Origin: Octopus vulgaris
Lineage: Eukaryota
Direction of reading: 5' to 3'
DNA length: 64,000 nt
Assembly (NCBI GenBank): GCA_951406725.2
Contig: OX597825.1
Coordinates: forward strand, 8,494,001-8,558,000
Shown here: positions 53,587-64,000 of the stretch, piece after piece
How positions within the stretch are numbered: position 1 is the stretch's first letter
Layout: every line of letters begins with the position of its first letter
Notes under the pieces: model-generated
Told to the model about the DNA's origin: nothing
Seen by the model: the letters and a program-made list of their open reading frames with translations, nothing else
Database searches by the model: none
Translations under genes and position numbers: made by a program

Positions 53587-54246
53587 TAGTTAGTAGTTGT
53601 TGTGGGGAGAGAAGGACGACGAGGAGGAAGAGGAGGGGAGGGGAAGGGGAGGATGAAGATGATGAGGATTAATAACAACAACCACAACAAACATAACAAT
53701 CATAGTAGTATTAGCATGTTAGCATTTTTGGAATTGCGTTATTTGTATATGTTGACATGTTTAAGAATTCTAGTTAATCCACAGAAAATAATAAAAAAGA
53801 AACCAACCGAAAAAAGTCTTCGTGTATGGGGAAATCTTAATGGCCTGTCCAAGAATCTCACTGGTGTTTACGCACTTTATGGAGAATGCCTGTATCGCAT
53901 TCTCCTTCTAGAATTAGCTTTAAAATACATTTTATGGAGAATCTAGAGACCGTGCAACCAATAGACGAATTCCTATGAACAACAATAAGAAGAGACTAGC
54001 GAAAGAAAAGAGTGTTTCTTCCATTGCGAATGTTTCATTTCCTTAAATTGATACTAACTTTTCGGAAACTGCATTAATATTATTACTGCATTGCGTATTA
54101 CATATATATTTTTTGTGCGTTCACATATACTCGACCTCCATGTGACTTCGTTTCAGAATACATTTAGAGATTCAGAATTGTCGTCTTAGCAATTTTCAAC
54201 GTATCCTAGCAACTAATGGAACACAAACACACACACAGACACAATA

Positions 54247-54249
<3 letters not shown>

Positions 54250-54290
<41 letters not shown>

Positions 54291-54351
54291 CATATATACA
54301 TATATACATATCTACATATATATATATACATATATAAATACATATATATAT

Positions 54352-54404
<53 letters not shown>

Positions 54405-54437
54405 TATATAAATATATACATATATACCTATATAAAT

Positions 54438-54503
<66 letters not shown>
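54250..54503. repeat. (TA)n/(CA)n compound microsatellite
   Basis: Directly visible. Confidence 0.95.
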
Positions 54504-54508
<5 letters not shown>

Positions 54509-56644
54509 GAAGAGATTAATCGCTGTATTATGTGTAATGAAATGATACAAGTTGACAGTGTACAAACTTAAATTTTCAGATGGATGACGTACTCTAATCG
54601 ACACATTCAAGTAGGGGTTGCAACATAAATGGATTTAAATATTTCAGAATATCAGACTATGCGTACATTATGAAGAACATATTAATGTGAAACTTTAGGA
54701 AAATCTGTACGAATAAAGAATAACGGTCCGTATGTGTATGTTGATATATATAACTGTACACACATAAACACGTATACATACCCTCACACACACTTATCGA
54801 CACTCAGGTAAACACGCGCAAACACACACACACGCGTATAATGAAATTAAGAACATATTTTTGTATAGAATATATTTAGCAAACAGAACGGGGAATTGTA
54901 AAAGCACTCTAAGTTCATTAATATACACCAAGCACAGTATATCAGTATATTTTAGGGATAAAATTATTCATGTTAATAGATGGATTAATGCACTCGGTAC
55001 TTATGCCATTATCCGTAAATAAAATACAGAACACAGCTTTACATAGATGACAACGTATAGTCACTATATGTGGCCACACGTTAATGTTCTCTGAAGGAGA
55101 GGTTAATACTAAATCACTTCTTTTGTATATTGCAAATGCGTTTACCGTTAGACAGATTAAATAAAACTGATTTGTCTAAAGCTGAAAATATCCATAATTA
55201 TAACAAATTTCAGGATGTGACCGTTTGATTAAAATTAAAATTTGTAGTCAGCAAAGCAAGATGCGTAATGTAAATGTGAAGAACATAAAGATCAATATTT
55301 CTCTTTATTCTGGAGGTATTCCTACATCCATAAGTAATGAATCCAATGTTTCTACGTCGTATGCATGTGTGCAACCTTATTTATATCGATTTTTGTGTTT
55401 CGCGATATTTCTAAGTGTATGTTGAACACGTGTGTGTATGTGCACAAGAAATCTAGACTAAAGTAAACAAACTCAGGTTTACGTAAGTTTTCTGCCCTCG
55501 ATAACAATTTTAGGGACTCTGAAATTTAATTCTGTTTCAATCGGGATGGGCACTACTCAGGAAATGGAGATAAGCCTAGTGCCAGTGACGATATTAGGTT
55601 GAAGAATGTACCACTCAGCTATGTTCTTGTTCATTAAAGTCTCGCAGATTTCCCAGGGTAAGACTGATGCAGCTTTTCTTTTTATGAGTGAGAGGTTATT
55701 TTGCATTGTGACTGTAGATGTGTATTTACTCTATTTTTTCTGCAGAATTGACGTTTACATTATTCCTCGCACGGCAATAATATATATCATAAGGGTGAAG
55801 GACGGGGGATAGATCTCCAGTTAATTGTTATTAAAATTAAAAGAAAGAATGAATTGGAATCTCCACACCCTAACAACAAAATTTTTGCTACTCGCATATG
55901 AAAAAGAAACACTCATTCACATACTCAACATTTGTAAAATGCATATTTTATATGTACACATATACTTTCAAAAACGTGTTTGTGTGCTTGAAGTGACAAA
56001 TGTCGAGAATCGTTAACGTGTCAGCTGTAATAAATTGCGGTAGTTACATATTCCACAGGCATATAATTTACTTTTGTGTCTATCATTAAGGAGTGATTAA
56101 TAACGCATAATGGAAATTCTGAATCATTTGTTTGGATTCTCATCTTTCTGTGTATCTGATATTGTAATTGTCTGTCATCTCTGTCTTTCTATCAGAATCC
56201 ACTGTTTCGTGCTATATGAGCAGTGTGGGGAGGGGCACTACAACATTTGTCTTTACAGGAAGTGAAAAGCATTCGTGCAACTTAACAAACCAATTACTTT
56301 GGGAAAAATAGCTGTTGCACTGAAACTGTTCCAGGACATCCCGATGATGTACAATGAAGAGAGGTATGGAGGTTAAGAAAGATTATTGTATGAGAATGAA
56401 TAGGCAAGTAATGTAAACCATCTGACCAAAATGTTATATTTCAATTACAGAATTTACGTTTATCAATAAAGTCATTTTCAAAACAGTAAATTTTGCGCCA
56501 AAATAAGGGTTTTACGAAGCTTCTTAAGCTGTGTATTGTAATATGATATTAAACTAAGTCTGACAACTTTTCGCTGATCGAAATAATTTTGTTTATAATA
56601 ATCTGTTTATAATATTGGACAGTTTTCATTTCCCGGTGTCTAAA

Positions 56645-56668
56645 TATATATATATATACATACATACA

Positions 56669-56714
<46 letters not shown>

Positions 56715-56721
56715 CATACAT

Positions 56722-56770
<49 letters not shown>

Positions 56771-56816
56771 CATACATATATATATATACATATATATATA
56801 CACATATATATATATT

Positions 56817-56860
<44 letters not shown>
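56645..56860. repeat. (TA)n/(CATA)n compound microsatellite
   Basis: Directly visible. Confidence 0.95.
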
Positions 56861-56864
<4 letters not shown>

Positions 56865-58895
56865 CAGCGATAAATATTTATGTGAGCAACGTAGAAAACT
56901 ACAGTTATTACTAGTTAAAAGTAATGCAATATATGCTTAGTTGGGGCATAAGAATATATGTTCCTTTTAAAGAATAACGATGTGTTTATGTTGATGACTT
57001 TTATAACACTTCACATTATTTCCCTCTTCACTGATCCGGCATTATTATGAATTGGTATAAAATCAAACTATTGACAGATATTCTGGCTCTCAAAACGATA
57101 GAAAACTATTGTTTGGTAATGTAATTGTTTAAAGGTAAAATTATATACATACTCTATGTGCAATGAAGCACGAAGTTGAATTGAATATCTGCCAGTCAAT
57201 TCCACACAATTATTAATATCTTCTTGTATTGAAACTTACCTCAATAAATATAAATGAAAACGAAAGTGTATCCGAACATTGATACAATTCAAATTGGCTT
57301 TAGAAAGGTATAACGAAACTCCTTTATGGCTTCCAGAAAAACAGATTGTTTAAATATAATCTCTGCAATTTATGAAAGCCTTTATACATACCGAGCGAAT
57401 TGCAACTTTCCTCAGTGTTATAAACATGACTATGTAATACAGCCAGGGAGATAAAATTCATATCGGTATTGGCAACAGTTTCTCCAACAGAACAAAATAT
57501 TTTGCCCGTGTAATTCGGTTAACTAGTAATAACTATTTATAGTCTCCACTGTATTTTTTCCATTTAAAGTGTATACTTGCTAAAAAAAGAATAAATATGT
57601 CGTAGTTGGAAGTGGGCCTGGTAGAGAATCCCTCCACGCTTTGCTTTAAACTATATATAAGAAAGGTCAAATACAGCGGATAACTTAAAACAGAGATTCG
57701 ATTTTGTTATATTGCCACTTACTAAAACTCAATTACTTCCCTTCGATCAGTGTTACCTATTCAACAATAAAAGTACTGTTTTTCAGTCAATAAAATTCAA
57801 GCAGCTGGTTAGTCATGCTAGAAACATCACAAAAGTCACCCTTGAATAGAATTCTATTGAAGTAAGAGACAAAAGGAGAAAAATAAGGAACGAAACTTTG
57901 GATAATATATCATTGTTTTCAACCCAACAGAAGAAGCCAGAATGTTCGTACCTTAAGGTCATTGATGGTAGGTGAACTTGATATAATCCGACCGATAAAA
58001 GAAGCTACATAGAACCTATTTGTTCCACTTGATACACTAAATAAGGGTTCATAGACCTAAAATAAATGTAAATTTAAATCTCCTTTGAATCGCAACTTAT
58101 ATAGTGAAAACTTATAAGGTTGTATTAGTGAAACTGAACATTTATATTAGTAAATCATGGGCTGGCATTATTTGATTCCCTCTGGTAAGTAAAATGTGGC
58201 TTTGAAGAGAAGGAAGCATCATAAAAAATAGGATATCTTTTAGCTGGATATCAGATTCAAAACAAATAACATCTCCGGATGCCATTTTCGAAACTGCAGC
58301 TGTGTATATACGAAGAGGTCACACGCATCAATCCTAAAGTTTTCCATAATCAAAGACTTAATACTGAAAACATAGCAATAAAGAAAGCATTGAAGTTTTA
58401 TATAATTCAATATATTGGTCTGTTTATAATATATATTGTCTGATATTTTGATTTTAAACTAATAGTTGAGAGTTTTCTCAGTTATATAATATAATGGCAA
58501 ATAAAGAAAAATATTTGCAAAGATTAACGCACATATGCTTATAAATCTTCCGTAAAAAACAAAACATACTGTATATATTACCATACGTATCGAATATTTG
58601 GCTTATATATTGAAGAATTGTAAAGTAAATGTTACGTAAAGACATTATTTGTGTACAAATTAAATTGAAAATACGTTAAGGATATATTTTTCTTGCTCTA
58701 TTAAGCGCAGAAACAACAAAAAATTAATCGTCTGTGTTTCAAAGTAATTTACAAACAGAATTACATAAAATTCAAATTCTAAAAGCAACAGAAATATGTA
58801 ACTCACACACACACATACACACGTATTTGTACATTAATACAAATGTGTGCATATAATTACAAAGATGTGTGAATGAGCGTGTGTGACAGTGTCTG

Positions 58896-58932
<37 letters not shown>

Positions 58933-61900
58933 TTCTCTCAATACAAATATTTACAGTTCACGGAAAGGTAATGCCAATGCCACTAATGATTATTTGTTCT
59001 TTTGACTTATTATTAACTCATATGTCTTCCATTCAGTATACATGTATTCATATTCAGCATCACGTAAGCTTTGTGCTTCATTATATAGCTTATCTATGTA
59101 CTAGATTTACTTAAATACTTTTAAACGTGTGACCTATCTAAATTTCAAAGAAAACAAAACGGTTAACCCTGCGTAGGTGGATGAAGTTTAGGTCAATAAC
59201 ACTGATCAATTGAATAATGCTTTAAGAGGGAGAGTCTGTAGATTATGTTGACGTACTCACAAAAAGTAAACAAGAGCTAGCATGCATAAATTTTGGATGA
59301 GAAGTATCGCTAAAATAGCAAGTGCCTTGTATGTTGAAACGTATTATGTCTAAAATATGTCAGCAAAAGTCAGCTCAGCGTTACACTATTACTTTGTTAA
59401 CACTTTGCAACCAAAGCTATTTGTATTTTGCTCCATAAAGTTAGATACCAACGGAGAGCTGCAATCGCTAAACTCGTAACCCATCAGCGTCAATAAGCGG
59501 AAACATTGCGTTCCAGACGATCAGAAACATTCAATGGTAAATTGAAGAAACTGTTATTTTCTCTAATGTCTCATCTTTAACAAATTTTCTACACCAGAGT
59601 TAGTATATGTCTGGATATAACCAACAGAAATCTTTGCTACTGGCAGTTTCGTCCATACTGTGAAATGTAGGACTGAATTTGAGAGGATTTGGGCAGCCAT
59701 TTGGATAGACTCATTACACATATTACAAACAACGCAGTGTTTATGCCAAGCAATATCGTATTATCTCTTGTATGGTTTAGTCTTGCCAGACAGCAACACA
59801 CCTTTCTATATGGCTTAATTGGATTTAAAATCGGTACGAAGCTCTCGTAGGAATACTATTTACCTAATCTGAGTATAATTAAACAGTTATAGTGCATATT
59901 GGGACCACAAACGAAGACCTACATCCATCCGTTATCGTCCACGATATAATGCTCAACATTGCCCCAACAAGCATTCAGAAGCTTACAAATTGCAACTGTA
60001 AAGAAATTTCGGCTGTTATTTAAGTTGGACCAAATTCATATTAAGTTTTTTAAAAGTACATTTAAAAAATTACATAGTTTATAGTGACAAGTATGTGTAT
60101 ACACACACACACACTTACAAGCACACACAAATATATATGTATATACATATATGTGTGTGTTTAAAATAGACTAATCACTAAAGAAAACCATGCTTACCTA
60201 GAAATGTGTGTCTAATATATAATATGTTTATATAACTATTTTGTTTTCTTTTGAGAGAGTATAATTGTAATTTTTCTCAGTTACGCTTGATCAAATTTTC
60301 ATTTTCGTATATTACCAATTCACTTACTGAATATGTTTTACTTCATCTTCTTTTTAAAATTATTCGGTGACAACAACAAGTATAAGCACTAGGGGCCTTG
60401 TTTTCGTGTGAATATATAGTTACAGTGATTCGGATGTTATTCGAAGTAATGAAATGGCCATGTGTCCCACAACATTGCGTTTGTCAAAAGACTTCTTTTA
60501 AAGGGGAGTTTAATTTTTTTTATTTAAGATCCTGTATTAATAAACCCAGGGGCACATATCACATTTTGTATCCTTTATACCTAAATAATCATTCTTTAAA
60601 CTAAACGTTACTTGCGGAACCAAATCTAAATCAAATTCTTTCGGTCTGTGTTTGCTTCCATAGACTAAACAACTGCAACGGAAACTTCGCTGCTGAATCA
60701 AGTTACCCACAACAGGAATAATCAATTTCGAATGCGTTAACTGTCACCGGGGTGTAAGATGTGCGTTATTTCCAAATTAATTAAACTTATAATCTAATAC
60801 TGAATCCACCCTTTCGTTATGGAAGTCAAATATACAAAGATGCCTGAAAATAATAGGTTTTGTTCTTTTAAGAAGAATGCATAAAATGTAGACGGTAAAA
60901 TGAGTTAATGGTAAAGTGGATGTATGTAGAGGTTATGACAGAGTGAAACCTGATGATTAGGCAATAATTCCCAAAACCAAGTAAAGAATATTTCAATGTT
61001 CAAATTCATTTGTTTTATTATAAGAATAAACACACACTCTCATAAACACACAAACACACAGACACATATTCACGCACTTAGATGCACACGTACTTATCAT
61101 TATGCACACATAGAATTACATAGATACACAAAAGTAGTCACGCGCATATGTGCGAATGCATATATGTGTAAATACACTTAAGCACGAAATAGGGAGTAAT
61201 GAAACAGTCAACAACTGACGAAGAGTTATCTTCTTTTGGTGTTTTGCTCTGTACATATCTCTCGTCTGTTTACGTATTTTTCACTTGTTGATGATTTTCT
61301 GCACTTAATGTGTATTTAACACACACTCGCACACACAGATACGCAAATACATATATATATATACACGCGCGCATGTATGCGTGAATGTGTGTGTGTATTT
61401 ATGTGTTTGTGTTTGTGCGCGTATGTATTTCTGTATATACGTGTGCGAGTGCTGGTGTGCCATTGCAATCTGTCGATGTAATACTTATGGATTTACATCA
61501 CGCAACACATCTTTGTATGTACCTGGAATTAATATACAACACATGAGACTAATCAATTTGCAAACACCATGTCTTACTTGCATAAGAAATAAATATCGTA
61601 ACACTTGCATAACACACACTTTCTCATGTTATTTTATGCTAGGAAATTACTAAGGTTCTAATATATTACATACTTTACATGTCTCATAATGTTTTATATC
61701 TGTTATGTTATACTGTAACATATTAATACAAGAATAAAATCACTGGTATTCATCTATTTGTAGTCACATTATTTTCATTTTAATATATATTTTGTTTGAA
61801 TGAATAACACATCCTGATATAATATTAAGAATGTCATCTGAGAAGATGAGCGATAAGTCGCAGTAGAATATTCTTCTATAGTATACTAATACGCCTGATT

Positions 61901-63104
61901 GTTTCATTTGTTCAATCATGTTACATTATTTTTAAAGGTTGCTATAAATAGTTGCCGTCTCCATAAAAATTACTAAACAATCATAAATTCACATTTCCTC
62001 TATTTTCAAAAGATAATTTTACAAAAGAAACCATGTCAAATTTAAGATTAAATGCCAGGTACTTTATGCTAAGATATATAATATGCAGTGAGAGTCTGCT
62101 TATTTCAAGGATGTATATAACGAGTTCTAGCAGAAGTAGTAAATCAGCATTAAATGTCCGCCGATAGAAACCTCAAAATATTTATATTGCTAGTTGTTTT
62201 GCACATGAGAGATAAGGCATATCGTATCGTAAAATTTGTAATTTAGATTTATTAAAATTCAAAACTTGGCAACAGAAACCATAAAGCTTTTGAAATGAAA
62301 AACTAACGACTTGATGTTGGATCTGATTATTTTCAAATAAATCATATGTATATAATCGTATTCGACTCAGAAAGTTTCATTTTAACGCCTTCTGTTATTT
62401 TCTAATTGCATCGAAGCATATAAAATTATAATTTTGTGCCAGTTAAAAGCAATTGTAGCTAGACATACTTAATATAAAAGAAGAAAGTAAATCGTAAAAT
62501 CTCTTTCCACAAATTACTGGATATTAAGATATCTAAACTTATAGCAAATGAAAATAAATGTAACAGATTCCTGGAAGGGTAGTATATAACATATTATGTG
62601 TAATGCTCACACTTTCGACTTTCTATCTTGGCTTATCTATTTGAATAATAGCCTTAAGTATTTACATATAAATAAAAAGATAAATTAAAATATCTTATAC
62701 ATCATCATTATGTATTCTGTATGCGTAAATTGCATTCTCCTGTCTACATATTTTGAATAAATTTAAACATTAATTGAAATGAAGAACAAAAATAAAACGA
62801 ATACTGTATTGGAAAACTGTTTTAATATTATAGATCTAAGTCGATCCAAAATAATGTTAATGAAATTCTGATGACAGAAACTGAGGAATTTCTATTGAAG
62901 AAACCTAACTCTAACATTAATGCACATACAAGCAATGGCACTAAAATGCTAAAGTGTTTCCATATTTTTTTTTTGTTTTTACATATAACTCTATATTTAA
63001 TTTGCATTTTCTCTCGTAAACTTATCTTGACAAAGACATTTCCCTGGTTGTCATATTCAATACACTTTGAATTACAACTGAATTCCTTAGAGTATATTAA
63101 AAAA

Positions 63105-63430
63105 TATTAACTGGGTAAAAACATACTTCGGTGAGGAATTACCATGGAATTGCACCTAGAAAGTTCCTTTCCAAGGCACAAATCTGGGCAGCGTTGTTTA
63201 TGAAAGACAATCAGTCGTCCGTCCATAACAATCTCCTCTCTTTACATCACCGATGTTACATAAAGCCAAGGTAAAAGCTGATACGTTGCAATTAATTTCA
63301 ACACCTGAGTAAATAGGATCAACCTGAAATAAACGATCTTGGTCAAGAACACAACATAGAGTCCGGTCCCGGAATGGAACTCAGTACCTCATGGAGCCTG
63401 ACGATCCAACCACTGACCTATGCACTTTCA
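63105..63430 (-). mobile_element. Degenerate tRNA-derived SINE
   Basis: Reverse-strand head aaagtgcataggtcagtggttgga...gagttccattccgggaccgg, then tgttcttgaccaaga, a SINE-like body. Confidence 0.5.
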
Positions 63431-63449
63431 CTTACAAACACACACGCAC

Positions 63450-63501
<52 letters not shown>

Positions 63502-64000
63502 TTATTACAAGTATATTATTACATCATATGCGCTTCCCGTTTTTCATCTGGCCCTACAGACGCCAGGTGCAAACGGTCTCAGATAATTCCTTCTGTACAC
63601 TCAAACCAAAGTTAAGTGAAAAGATGGGATATGACATTGAACATCTGTGAAATTCTTTAGTGTTACATAACTTCCGTTTTGTGTTTCTTTTGAAGCGTAT
63701 ATAGCACGTAATTGCCTATTTCGACCATATCAAAATAAGTGTTTTCACATATTATTTTATAAAAGTATACACGAAGATAACGCAATGTAACAGATAGCCC
63801 GCTAAGGCCTGTGTTCCAGCCATTCGAGCTGTAAAGTGAAATCATATTAAGGAGCTGATTATATACACGTACACTCAAAAATATATGAGCACAATAGGCA
63901 ACATATATATTAACATAACTAGACATGCATCAATTCTTTGAAATAGTCAAGATCTATCAAATGCATAAACGTATATACATGCTCATATTTATAAAGGAAC

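Noticed and set aside
56259-56363. AG/GT-bounded candidate exon (+)
   Set aside because: Stop codons occur in all three frames. It could only be non-coding, and there is no support for that.
57392-57579. AG/GT-bounded candidate exon (-)
   Set aside because: Stop codons occur in all three frames.

Overview
AT-rich, microsatellite-saturated eukaryotic DNA with no recognisable intact host gene. It is probably intergenic or intronic, and the tRNA-derived SINE families and repeat landscape look cephalopod/octopus-like (inference from recalled repeat families, not a database hit). The identifiable content is almost all transposon-derived: many SINEs; a 5'-truncated but open Penelope-like (Neptune-type) RT + GIY-YIG ORF (46951-48207, minus); a stack of four R4/Dong-type REL-LINE 3' ends in a (TAA)n tract; Tc1 and mariner fragments; a Helitron helicase fragment; and a complete non-autonomous Helitron. 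The most striking signal is about nine type I hammerhead-ribozyme motifs (some degenerate) from several unrelated small elements, mostly next to (TA)n/(TAA)n. One lies in a highly self-complementary 352-nt tandem unit resembling a circRNA-producing non-LTR retrozyme (27719-28199). Another has a compensatory U3-A8 core. Also notable are a near-perfect 1.38-kb palindrome centred on a TA tract (18734-20112) and a 16x9-bp GGAATG array with TEAD double-site spacing (16102-16245). Nearly all ORFs in the supplied track are microsatellite artefacts.
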